Assembly (NCBI GenBank): GCA_947084965.1
Contig: CAMTUG010000001.1
Span: forward strand, 211,914-275,913
Reading direction: 5' to 3'
Origin: an uncultured Parcubacteria group bacterium
GTDB lineage: Bacteria > Patescibacteriota > Patescibacteriia > UBA9934 > CAMTUG01
DNA: 64,000 nt
The notes under the pieces are model-generated. The model ran no database searches. It was not told the origin of the DNA and saw nothing but the letters and a program-made list of their open reading frames with translations. The translations under genes and the position numbers were made by a program. The first letter of the stretch is position 1; each line of letters begins with the position of its first letter. Below are positions 34,629-43,355 of this stretch, one piece after another.

Positions 34629-35345
34629 ATGAAACATCATTGGCGCCTTCTGCTTCTCGTCGTCATCGTCGTCATTGCCGCGTCGCTGTATCGACAATCA
34701 TCCGAACTAGTAGATGTGTATGCTCCAACAATCAACCCAACGGAGTTTACCAAGGTGATTGATAATCCTTATTTAACGTTGATTCCCGGCTGGACCCGTG
34801 TGTTCGAAGCAGAAACGGAAGAAGGGAAAGAGCGGATTGAAGTGACAGTTACGTCTGATACAAAAGTCGTCATGGGGATCGAGGCGGTTGTGGTTCATGA
34901 TCGCGTTTGGTTGAACGACGTGTTGATTGAAGATACCTTTGATTGGTACGCACAAGATGCGGCGGGGAACGTTTGGTATTTGGGCGAGGCGACGATCGCT
35001 TATGCCGAGGACGGCACTACAAGCACCAAGGGATCCTGGGAGGCTGGGGTGAACGGCGCACAGCCGGGGGTGGTGATGTGGGCCGATCCGCAGGTCGGGC
35101 AGGTCTATCGCCAGGAGTACTTCGCCGGAGAGGCTGAGGATATGGGTGAGGTGATCGCTCTGGGGGAATCTGTGACTACCGCCCTAGGATCATACGAAGG
35201 ATGCGTCAAAACGCGTGACTACACGCCGCTCGAAGCGCAGGTTGATGAGTATAAGTGGTACTGTCCAGCAACGGGCGGGCTGACGCTTGAAGAAGGGATC
35301 TCCTCCGGGGAACGTGTGGAGTTAGTCCGTATTTATAAAGAGTAA
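34629..35345 (+). CDS. hypothetical membrane-anchored extracytoplasmic protein
   Basis: N-terminal TM helix (WRLLLLVVIVVIAASLY) followed by a beta-rich domain. Confidence 0.5.
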   Translation: MKHHWRLLLLVVIVVIAASLYRQSSELVDVYAPTINPTEFTKVIDNPYLTLIPGWTRVFEAETEEGKERIEVTVTSDTKVVMGIEAVVVHDRVWLNDVLIEDTFDWYAQDAAGNVWYLGEATIAYAEDGTTSTKGSWEAGVNGAQPGVVMWADPQVGQVYRQEYFAGEAEDMGEVIALGESVTTALGSYEGCVKTRDYTPLEAQVDEYKWYCPATGGLTLEEGISSGERVELVRIYKE

Positions 35346-35349
35346 TACT

Positions 35350-35736
35350 ATGATACAGAAATCAACGCTCGGATTGTTTGCGGTCGCTGGACTTGTTGTC
35401 ATCGGATTAGTCGGTCTTGCGGTGTATAAAAACGTCGCTCCGTCACCCTATGACGCATTTGCCCAATGCTTGTCCGATGAAGGCGTGACGATGTATGGAG
35501 CCTGGTGGTGCCCGCACTGTCAGAACCAGAAGGAACTTTTCGGCAATGCCTTCCGTAACATTAACTACGTGGAATGCTCTGCTCCGGGATCTCGTTCCAT
35601 GCTCCCGATCTGTAGCTCTGCGGGGATCACCGGTTATCCAACCTGGCGGTTTGCTGACGGGTCAGAACTGAACGGCGAAGCGCCGCTCGCGTCATTAGCA
35701 GAAAAAACGACCTGCCAGCTTCCAACGATTGAGTAA
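35350..35736 (+). CDS. membrane-anchored thioredoxin-fold protein (WCPHC active site), putative redox partner of VKOR
   Basis: N-terminal TM helix. GAWWCPHCQNQKELFG CxxC motif. Immediately upstream of the VKOR gene. Confidence 0.7.
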   Translation: MIQKSTLGLFAVAGLVVIGLVGLAVYKNVAPSPYDAFAQCLSDEGVTMYGAWWCPHCQNQKELFGNAFRNINYVECSAPGSRSMLPICSSAGITGYPTWRFADGSELNGEAPLASLAEKTTCQLPTIE

Positions 35737-35738
35737 GT

Positions 35739-36179
35739 ATGAAAAGGCGTTTGTTGATGGCGATGGTCGTCCTCTCTGCTTTTGGTGTGATTATTTCAGG
35801 GTATTCTTTGCTCCAAAAGCAAGGACTCGCCAGCGGATCGTTCTGTACGATTAACGCCACGTTTGATTGTGATGTCGTTAATAAGGGGCCGTATGGAAGT
35901 TTGTTCGGCGTTCCGGTGTCGCTGATCGGCGTCGTTGGTTATGGGTTGCTGCTCATCGGATCGGTGATGCACCTTCGTTCGTTGTCTGATCGTTTGCTCT
36001 CCGGTTTTCTTCTCGTAAGTTCTACGGGCGGCCTCGGGTTTGCGCTTTACCTTACCGGGATCGAAGCATTTGTGCTCGATACGTATTGTCTGCTCTGTCT
36101 AACCTCGCAGGCGTTGATCCTCGGACTTTTCACCCTTAGTGTTGCCGTTTTTAAACAAAAAGAGTCCGGCCCCGCGTAA
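35739..36179 (+). CDS. vitamin K epoxide reductase (VKOR) family protein
   Basis: Four TM helices. Loop Cys pair (SGSFCTINATFDCD). Active-site CxxC in a TM helix (TYCLLCLTSQ). Confidence 0.75.
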   Translation: MKRRLLMAMVVLSAFGVIISGYSLLQKQGLASGSFCTINATFDCDVVNKGPYGSLFGVPVSLIGVVGYGLLLIGSVMHLRSLSDRLLSGFLLVSSTGGLGFALYLTGIEAFVLDTYCLLCLTSQALILGLFTLSVAVFKQKESGPA

Positions 36180-36195
36180 GTCCAACGCGAGGCCG

Positions 36196-37071
36196 TCAGC
36201 CGGTGTGAGATGATCCTTCCTGCCGCAGATCGTGCAGGAAGTGATTTTTTGCGAGGAAGCTGTCGGCCAGGTACTGGCGACGGCCGATGAGGTCGAGGGG
36301 GATGAGCCCGGTTGCTTCCTGTCCGCGCAGGTGGAAGGTGCGGCCCACGATCCGGAACCGATCTGCGAACCAGCCGCTCGTGGTCACGTCGAACCCGCAG
36401 GTCAGGTCGAGGATCCGGTAGGGGAGATCGAGGTCCTGCATCGTCTCCATGATCTCGCCGACGCCACCGGCCCGCGGGGCGAGCGTCGTCCCGGGCCAAT
36501 CCGTGAATCCAGGGATCTTTGTCCCGAAGTTTTCGCGGTCTCGCGCGAGTTTCTGTTCTGACCAGCGGCTCTGATCGACGAAGATCACGAGCGTTGTCCC
36601 TGGGAGGAAGACGCGCGGGACTTCGGTCCGCAACGTACGCTTGGCGGACGCGGTGCTCGCACGGTTGATGAACATCCCCATCTTCGCCGCGGCGATCGCT
36701 GTGCCGAAGAACGGGATGAACTGGTAGAGCTTGCGGGCCACGAAGGCGAGGTGCGGCCGGGCGGCCCGCCGGGTCAGGGCGTGGATGAACGGAACGGTCT
36801 CGAGCGTTGCGGGGTGGTTGGCGATCGCCAGCACCCGGTCGTTCGGGGCGAACGTCGGCCAGGGGCCTGGGTCATCGATCGTGACTCCCATCGGGACGTA
36901 CAGCTCGTTCCACACCGCTCGCGCCCAGATTGCAGGCATCCGGCTTGCCTGCACCTTGCCCGTCGCTCCGTACCAGCCGAGCGCGTTCTGGTGGGTGCGC
37001 CAGCCGGCCGCCAGCGTCATCGAAATCCCCGGCCACAGTGGGTCGGGGACTGGCCGTTGCAGTGCGTTCAC
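36196..37071 (-). CDS. lysophospholipid (1-acylglycerol-3-phosphate) acyltransferase-family protein, high GC, GTG start
   Basis: NHPATLE (HxxxxE/D acyltransferase motif). GGAGGAGG SD 7 nt before the GTG at 37071, directly downstream of typA. About 66% GC versus about 52% for typA. Confidence 0.5.
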   Translation of the reverse strand: MNALQRPVPDPLWPGISMTLAAGWRTHQNALGWYGATGKVQASRMPAIWARAVWNELYVPMGVTIDDPGPWPTFAPNDRVLAIANHPATLETVPFIHALTRRAARPHLAFVARKLYQFIPFFGTAIAAAKMGMFINRASTASAKRTLRTEVPRVFLPGTTLVIFVDQSRWSEQKLARDRENFGTKIPGFTDWPGTTLAPRAGGVGEIMETMQDLDLPYRILDLTCGFDVTTSGWFADRFRIVGRTFHLRGQEATGLIPLDLIGRRQYLADSFLAKNHFLHDLRQEGSSHTG

Positions 37072-37087
37072 TGAACCTCCTCCGGCC

Positions 37088-38893
37088 TTAGCCGTTGTTG
37101 GATTTTTTGCGTTGCGTGGCGTCCAAAATTGCTTTACGAATGCGCAAAGATTTTGGTGTTACTTCAAGGAGCTCGTCTTCGCCCAAGTATTCGAGCGACG
37201 TTTCGAGCGTCATCTGGCGCGGGACATCAAGCCCGGCGGACGGGCCGTCACCCTTGGAGCGCATGTTGGAGAGTTTCTTTTCTTTGCACGGGTTGACTTC
37301 CAGGTCCTCGCCCTTGTTGTTTTCACCGATGACCATCCCAGCGTAGACCTCGGTACCAGGTCCGACGAACATCACCCCGCGTTCCTGCAGGTTGGCGAGG
37401 GAATAGCCCATCGTTTCTCCGTTTTCCATCGAAATCAAGGAACCGTGCGGGTTAGTGGCGATCTCCCCGATCTCTGGGCGGTAGCCCAACAGAAGGGTGT
37501 TCAAAATCCCTTGGCCTTTGGTGTCGGTCATAAACTCTGTGCGGTAGCCGATCAACCCACGGGTTGGAATGTCGAATTCCATGAAGGTCGTGCCGTTCTC
37601 AACTTTCATATCCTTCATTTCGCCTTTGCGGCGACCCATCTTTTCAATCACCACCCCACCGAATCCTTCTGGGCATTCAATCGAAACAGCTTCGAACGGT
37701 TCGTTTTCGACTCCGTCGATCGTGCGGTAGATGACTTTCGGACGCGAGACTTGGAATTCGTATCCTTCGCGGCGCATCTTTTCAATCAAAATGGCGAGGT
37801 GTAATTCACCGCGGCCGCTGACATGGAACGTCCCTTCGCCTTCGCCAGCGAGAATTTTCAAAGCGACGTCATTTTGGAGTTCACGTTCCAGACGTTCTTT
37901 GATGTTGCGGGCAGTAGAAAACTCACCTTCACGCCCAGCGAACGGGGAGGTGTTGACCGAGAAAGTCATTTTGACCGTCGGTTCTTCAATATGCATGACC
38001 GGAAGGGCGACGGGGTTGGCAGCATCCGCAATCGTTTCACCGATCGTCACATCTTCAATACCAGAAAGCAAAACAACTTCGCCCGCTTCGGCCGATGCGA
38101 CCTCCTTTTTATTCAATCCTTCAAAGACCTGAAGGGCGGTGATGCGGGCAGATTTCATCTTTCCGTCGCGGTCGATGTGCATCACGTTCATCCCGACTTT
38201 GGCCACGCCGTTGACCACGCGACCGATCGCCGAGCGGCCCTTGTAGTTATCATACAAGACGTTGATGACCGAAAACTGGAACGGCTTTGCGGCGTCGCCG
38301 GTCGGGAGCGGAATGTGTTCTACAACCGCGTCCAAGAGCGGGGCGATATCTTTCATTGATTCCATTTTCGGTTCTGGACCGGCCACACCGTTGATCGCCG
38401 AAGCGTAAACAACGGGGAAGTTCGCCTGCTCTTCGGACGCCCCGAGGTCAATAAAGAGATCGAATGTCTTGTTTAAAACCCAGTCCGGTCGAGCTGCCGG
38501 CTTGTCGATCTTGTTGATCACCAAAATGATTTTGTGTCCGGCTTCGATCGCCTTTTTGAGTACAAACTTGGTTTGCGGCATCGGCCCTTCCTTGGCGTCA
38601 ACCAACAGGAGACAGCCGTCAACCAAATTCATGATGCGTTCAACTTCGCCGCCGAAGTCGGCGTGGCCAGGGGTGTCGACGATGTTGATTTTGACGTTGT
38701 TCCAATTGATCGAACAGTTCTTGGCCAAAATGGTAATCCCGCGTTCGCGTTCCAGCTCGTTGCTGTCCATGATGGTGGTACCCATCGCGTCGGCGTTGCG
38801 GAAGGTGTTCGATTGTTTAAGCAAAGCATCCACGAGCGTCGTTTTGCCGTGGTCAACGTGAGCGATAATAGCGATATTGCGGATGTCTTGCAT
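37088..38893 (-). CDS. typA: translational GTPase TypA/BipA
   Basis: MQDIRNIAIIAHVDHGKTTLVDALL, DTPGHADFGGEVER, NKIDK. Collinear with E. coli BipA over the full length. Start at the ATG of MQDIRN (38893). Confidence 0.9.
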   Translation of the reverse strand: MQDIRNIAIIAHVDHGKTTLVDALLKQSNTFRNADAMGTTIMDSNELERERGITILAKNCSINWNNVKINIVDTPGHADFGGEVERIMNLVDGCLLLVDAKEGPMPQTKFVLKKAIEAGHKIILVINKIDKPAARPDWVLNKTFDLFIDLGASEEQANFPVVYASAINGVAGPEPKMESMKDIAPLLDAVVEHIPLPTGDAAKPFQFSVINVLYDNYKGRSAIGRVVNGVAKVGMNVMHIDRDGKMKSARITALQVFEGLNKKEVASAEAGEVVLLSGIEDVTIGETIADAANPVALPVMHIEEPTVKMTFSVNTSPFAGREGEFSTARNIKERLERELQNDVALKILAGEGEGTFHVSGRGELHLAILIEKMRREGYEFQVSRPKVIYRTIDGVENEPFEAVSIECPEGFGGVVIEKMGRRKGEMKDMKVENGTTFMEFDIPTRGLIGYRTEFMTDTKGQGILNTLLLGYRPEIGEIATNPHGSLISMENGETMGYSLANLQERGVMFVGPGTEVYAGMVIGENNKGEDLEVNPCKEKKLSNMRSKGDGPSAGLDVPRQMTLETSLEYLGEDELLEVTPKSLRIRKAILDATQRKKSNNG

Positions 38894-38968
38894 AAATCTG
38901 GGTAAACCTATTAACGGGCGGATTATGCCCCGAAAGTGGCGTCTTGTCAACGATTGGCCTAGAATAAA

Positions 38969-39493
38969 ATGATTATGGCTGATCTCTTGTCCCTCTTTCT
39001 GATCGTTTTGTTGGTTTCCCTAGCCGTTGCTGCTCTTTCTTTTGCGCCGTGGGTGCCGGTGCCGAAAAAGGAATTGCGGCGCATTCTCGGGCTTGCTGAG
39101 CTCAAGACAGGAGAGGTCTTTTATGATTTGGGATGCGGTGATGGGCGAGTCGTTTTTGCGGCGGCCGAGATCCCGGGAGTACAGGCGGTTGGTATTGAAC
39201 TCGCATTACCGATGTATCTTGTCTGTCGGATTAAACAGGTCGTTTGGCCTGAGGCACGACGGGCGAAGATCCGGTTAGCGAACTTTTTTCGTGTCGATCT
39301 TCAGCATGCGGACGTCATCTATCTGTTCGGTGTGCCGCGGACTTTGCGTACACGATTGACGAACAAGCTCAAAGCCGAGTGCAAGCCAGGGACCCGCGTC
39401 CTGTCTTATGCGTTTCCTGTTGACGGGTGGTCATCGATGGCTGAAGACGTTCATCCACAGAGCGGTGTAACGATTTATCGCTACGTGTTATGA
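38969..39493 (+). CDS. class I SAM-dependent methyltransferase with N-terminal TM helix
   Basis: Motif I VFYDLGCGDGRVVF. Alternative ATG at 38975. Confidence 0.6.
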   Translation: MIMADLLSLFLIVLLVSLAVAALSFAPWVPVPKKELRRILGLAELKTGEVFYDLGCGDGRVVFAAAEIPGVQAVGIELALPMYLVCRIKQVVWPEARRAKIRLANFFRVDLQHADVIYLFGVPRTLRTRLTNKLKAECKPGTRVLSYAFPVDGWSSMAEDVHPQSGVTIYRYVL

Positions 39494-39524
39494 TGAAACT
39501 ATTAACCCTTAATGTTCCTTCGTT

Positions 39525-39737
39525 ATGATGCATGAGAAGATGTGCGGCGTGCACAAGATCGGTGCCGCCCTTGTGGTTGTCGGTGCGATTAACTGGGGCC
39601 TGATCGGACTCCTTCAGTGGAATCTGGTCGAGGCAGTGCTCGGAACGGGGACCGTGACCCGCGTCGTGTACATCCTTGTCGGTTTGGCGGGCATCGCCAT
39701 GCTCGGGATGTGTAAGTGTTCGGGATGTAAAAAGTAA
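39525..39737 (+). CDS. DUF378-family small membrane protein
   Basis: 70 aa. KIGAALVVVGAINWGLIGLL...VVYILVGLAGIAML pattern typical of DUF378. Confidence 0.65.
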   Translation: MMHEKMCGVHKIGAALVVVGAINWGLIGLLQWNLVEAVLGTGTVTRVVYILVGLAGIAMLGMCKCSGCKK

Positions 39738-39740
39738 GGA

Positions 39741-39762
39741 AACGATCTTCGGATCGTTTTTT
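39741..39762 (+). terminator. intrinsic terminator AAACGATCttcgGATCGTTTTTT
   Basis: 8-bp stem, tetraloop, and a U6 tail. Confidence 0.7.
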
Positions 39763-39836
39763 GATAAAGGCGGGCTTTCGGGCTCGCTTTTGGTTTAACG
39801 GCAGCGCCCCCAGGGAGTGTCCCTGAGGGCGTGGCG

Positions 39837-40445
39837 TTAGCCGAGAGCGGAGAGGATGATCCAGCGGATGTCGTCCGCGGATTCGATCTCTCGTTCGGGA
39901 GGGCAGCGGAGTGTCAGAACGCGATCGTCGGGCGTGAAGAGTCGTCGGATCCCGCAGAGCTCGCGGCGGTCGAGCATCTCAGAGACGGGGTCTTCGACGA
40001 CCCCGCGCGTCTTGTTGCTGGCGTGGATCACCGTTCCTTCGCCGGTTGCGAAGACGACATGTCCGATCCCTTGGTTTGGGTCGGACTCGTAGCGGTTGAT
40101 CCATCCTTTGGTGAACAGAAGGTCGCCCATGATCGGCGGTTGATCTGGCTCGATCCCTTGGCCGAAGCGGAACTGCTGGATCGCTCGGCGCGGCAGATCG
40201 ATTCCGCGGTGACGGTAGAGCCACTTCATCAGGCTCGAGCAGTCGAAGACGCTCGGGGCCTCGCGAAGACGCGCGCCGCGGCGGTAGGTCGAGCCGATGG
40301 CGCTCCGTGCAGTGGCGAGGAGGTCGACGTCGATGACCTCGAAGCCACGTTCCGCGAGGATGTTGATCGCTTCGTCATCTGTCATCGGCAAGTGCATCTG
40401 TCGAACGCTCACCGCCTGGCGGTTGCCGTGTCCTCGAAAGTCCAT
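39837..40445 (-). CDS. NlpC/P60 (C40) family cell-wall peptidase, high GC
   Basis: FDCSSLMKWLY (catalytic Cys) and IGHVVFATGEGTVIHAS (His). GAGGT SD before MDFRG. About 66% GC. Own terminator hairpin at 39775-39833 on the minus strand. Confidence 0.65.
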   Translation of the reverse strand: MDFRGHGNRQAVSVRQMHLPMTDDEAINILAERGFEVIDVDLLATARSAIGSTYRRGARLREAPSVFDCSSLMKWLYRHRGIDLPRRAIQQFRFGQGIEPDQPPIMGDLLFTKGWINRYESDPNQGIGHVVFATGEGTVIHASNKTRGVVEDPVSEMLDRRELCGIRRLFTPDDRVLTLRCPPEREIESADDIRWIILSALG

Positions 40446-40531
40446 GTCATACCTCGGTGGGCGCATTCAAACATAGATGAACAGATAAATCCATGTGCAG
40501 GTTCAGGTCCCAAACCGTGTCTGCGGGACTA

Positions 40532-40639
40532 CTCAAAAAATAATTTCCGCAAAGTGGAAGTACACAGGGTTTATTTTATACTAAGCTTAGTAAAAATTGA
40601 GGTCTATGTACTTCCACTTTGCGGAAATCTATTTTTGAG
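40532..40639. repeat. MITE-like element: 33-bp terminal inverted repeats (CTCAAAAAATAATTTCCGCAAAGTGGAAGTACA / TGTACTTCCACTTTGCGGAAATCTATTTTTGAG) around a 42-bp AT-rich core
   Basis: Arms match 31/33. Outer flanks GTTCAGGT...ACCTGTCAAC are also partly complementary. Lies between two minus-strand genes. Confidence 0.55.
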
Positions 40640-40736
40640 TACCTGTCAACCTGACGAGCTTACCTTAAAGAAGACGCGAATCATCGACTCGCATGGTGAA
40701 GCATTCGGCTTCGATCAGGTCATTTACAGGACCTGA

Positions 40737-42758
40737 TTACCGGATAAACGTAAACACGGTTGTGGCGCCGTTTGAAAGAGAGATCCAGTGGTCGGCTTCG
40801 CGTTTAGCGTTTTCGATGACTTTGTCAGACATCCACCAATAGTCGTTGACGACGAAGTAGGCGGTGTCGACGTCGGCCAGATTCATCGCTGCTTCAGCGC
40901 GTTCTCGGGTCGGGCCAATGTTGACCATTTCGAGATACAGTTGATAGAGCGGTCCACCGGTCGGGATCGGGTAGTAAAAGATATCGCCCTCGGAATATTT
41001 TAAAAATCCATATTCTTGCACGGCCGCGGCACTCACGGCCTGGTTGGCAAGAACAACGTAGTCGATGGTACTCGTATCAGAGAGCCCATGAATGTAGCGC
41101 ACCGTTTCGAAATCAGATTGCCCGACGTTAAATCCACGGCTGATCTCGTAATTATCATGACGCGGGTAGGTCATGTACACACTAGCGGTCAGGATCATGG
41201 CGGTGAGAAGAGTGAAACCGAAGCGGAGCGGAGCTGGTTTTTCTTTCAGAACTTCGAAGATGCGTCCGACCACGATTCCCAGAATTGGCAAGAGCATGAA
41301 CTGCATCATCTCGAAGATGCGCGCGCTGTAATTGCTCCGTTCATAGTCGATCAAAAAGTCAAAACCGATCAGGGTGGAGAGAAGCAGATAGTTGATCAGC
41401 ATGATCGCTGGAGGAAAGAGGAAAGAGGAAAGAGGAAAGGCGGGGCCGCTGCGTCCCGCAATACGGCGAAGGATGATAATCCCAGCGATCGTGAGGGTGA
41501 GAAGAATCAAGATGCGATTCCATCCGAAGAGATATGCGGCATCAAGAAAGGGATGGAAGCGATTTTCGACAAAAAGGTGCAAGCCGAGGAGCTCCGTCCA
41601 TGGCGTGGTGAAGATATTTTTGAAAGAAAGGGTGACGTTGAGACCAGAGATCTTGGCGTTCAATAAAAAGATCGCAGGGAGTGAAATCGATCCGAGGCCA
41701 GCGGTCAGATAGCCCAGGCGTTTGTAATCGCGGGTGAACAGTTCAAGCAAAACGGCGTAGATGATGATTGGGATGCCAGCGAGTGGATGAGTAAAAACAG
41801 CGGCGACGGCGAAGATCCACAATGCGAGATGATCCTGGTTGGTGCGTTTTTCTTTTTTAAGCAGGGGGATCGAAACGAGAATGGCGGCGAGCGACCAGGT
41901 GTTGGCGAGAGCTTGCGGGGTGGTGGCGATGAACGACGAAAGGGGGAGGAGGAAGAGGACAAGAGCGCCGGATTTTAATGAGCGCCAAGCGAGGAGCGGA
42001 AGCAATAGCCCGGCGAGGAGGGGAACAAGGTAGCTGTCCGCCAGCGCCACCGGAATTGAAAATCCATGCGCGGCGATCAGGACAAGGGCGTATTGTCCGG
42101 CGTAGTAGAGCGGCTTGGGGGTAATGGTGCCGTGTTCGAGGATGTGTGATTCCGTCGCTTTATGGATGAAGGAATCAAATCCGTAGCCGAGCGGGTAGGA
42201 GAGAAGGGCGACCGAGATCGTAAGTAAGAAAAAGATGGTCAGGGTTAGGCGGGACGGTTTGCTTGCGAGCAAGAGGGCGAGGAAAAAGATTCCGATAAAA
42301 AAAGCTGTCGGAATGACGAGCCAGGGGGAGCGGACCGGTTCGATGATCTCCGTTCGTGTGAGGATGGAGGTGGTGGCAAGAATGATAAATAGGAAGAAAG
42401 TGGTAAGTGGTAAGTGGTAAGTGGAGGGGCGGGAGAGGAAAGAGGAAAGGCGGGGCCACCGTGTCCCGCCACTGGTCTGCATCGGTCGCCAGAAACAGAT
42501 GAGGGGGACAGCGATCACCACACCCGTTGCGAAGGGGAGAGTGAGCAGGTCGAGATAGTAAGCGATCCCTCCGAGAATGGAGAGGAGGGCGATCAGCTGT
42601 GCCGCACCGATAGGACTTCGGCCGTAAAACAGTAGCATCCCAGCAAGGAGCACGAGCCCCAACCACGTCGCCTGAAGAAAAAAGGCGTTGGCAACAAACA
42701 GGACTAGAAAAACAAGGGAAACGGTGATATATTTAAGAAGTGATCCTACCGATTGCAT
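40737..42758 (-). CDS. large polytopic membrane protein (>12 TM) with C-terminal extracytoplasmic domain, glycosyltransferase-like; start uncertain
   Basis: Long frame 40737..42812. Start chosen at MQSVGSLL to avoid overlapping the divergent gene. Carries two in-frame heptamer-repeat + GC-hairpin inserts (41409-41459, 42399-42470). Confidence 0.5.
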   Translation of the reverse strand: MQSVGSLLKYITVSLVFLVLFVANAFFLQATWLGLVLLAGMLLFYGRSPIGAAQLIALLSILGGIAYYLDLLTLPFATGVVIAVPLICFWRPMQTSGGTRWPRLSSFLSRPSTYHLPLTTFFLFIILATTSILTRTEIIEPVRSPWLVIPTAFFIGIFFLALLLASKPSRLTLTIFFLLTISVALLSYPLGYGFDSFIHKATESHILEHGTITPKPLYYAGQYALVLIAAHGFSIPVALADSYLVPLLAGLLLPLLAWRSLKSGALVLFLLPLSSFIATTPQALANTWSLAAILVSIPLLKKEKRTNQDHLALWIFAVAAVFTHPLAGIPIIIYAVLLELFTRDYKRLGYLTAGLGSISLPAIFLLNAKISGLNVTLSFKNIFTTPWTELLGLHLFVENRFHPFLDAAYLFGWNRILILLTLTIAGIIILRRIAGRSGPAFPLSSFLFPPAIMLINYLLLSTLIGFDFLIDYERSNYSARIFEMMQFMLLPILGIVVGRIFEVLKEKPAPLRFGFTLLTAMILTASVYMTYPRHDNYEISRGFNVGQSDFETVRYIHGLSDTSTIDYVVLANQAVSAAAVQEYGFLKYSEGDIFYYPIPTGGPLYQLYLEMVNIGPTRERAEAAMNLADVDTAYFVVNDYWWMSDKVIENAKREADHWISLSNGATTVFTFIR

Positions 42759-42779
42759 ACCGCCGTATTCTATCATGTT

Positions 42780-43355
42780 ATGGCTCGCGATCCATCGCTT
42801 CTCTACCCGCATGACCGTATTTTAGCGAAAACGGTTTTGCCACTCATCCCTCGCGTCGTGACACCGAATCATGTCACGATCTTTCGCTACGGCACGATCC
42901 CCTTCATCATCTATTTTTTGTTCAACGAGAATTATCTGATCGGATTGCCGCTCTTTGTTTTTTCTGCCTGCACGGACGCGATCGACGGCTCACTTGCACG
43001 TACGCGTAAAATGATCACTCGCTGGGGGACGTTTTATGACCCGGTCGCTGATAAACTGCTGATCATGAGCACGATCCTCCTCCTTGTGTTTCGTTTTCTC
43101 CCACCGTGGTTTGCGGCGGTGATCGTCCTGCTTGAATTGCTGATCGGCATTGGCGGTTATGTCTATCGTAAGGAAGGCAAGATGCAGAGCGCTAACGTCT
43201 TCGGGAAGTGGAAGATGTTCGCTCAGAGTACTGGCGTGACCCTTATTTTGGCGGCGGCGGCGTTTGGGGCGCCATGGCTCATTCCGTACGCCATGGTTAC
43301 CCTTTCCGTGGCTATCGTGCTCGCGGTTATCTCGCTCTATACCTACGGCTTGTGA
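42780..43355 (+). CDS. CDP-alcohol phosphatidyltransferase family protein
   Basis: D-x2-DG-x2-AR-x8-G-x3-D-x3-D motif (TDAIDGSLARTRKMITRWGTFYDPVADK). Multi-TM. Start could be 42753 or 42780. Confidence 0.7.
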   Translation: MARDPSLLYPHDRILAKTVLPLIPRVVTPNHVTIFRYGTIPFIIYFLFNENYLIGLPLFVFSACTDAIDGSLARTRKMITRWGTFYDPVADKLLIMSTILLLVFRFLPPWFAAVIVLLELLIGIGGYVYRKEGKMQSANVFGKWKMFAQSTGVTLILAAAAFGAPWLIPYAMVTLSVAIVLAVISLYTYGL

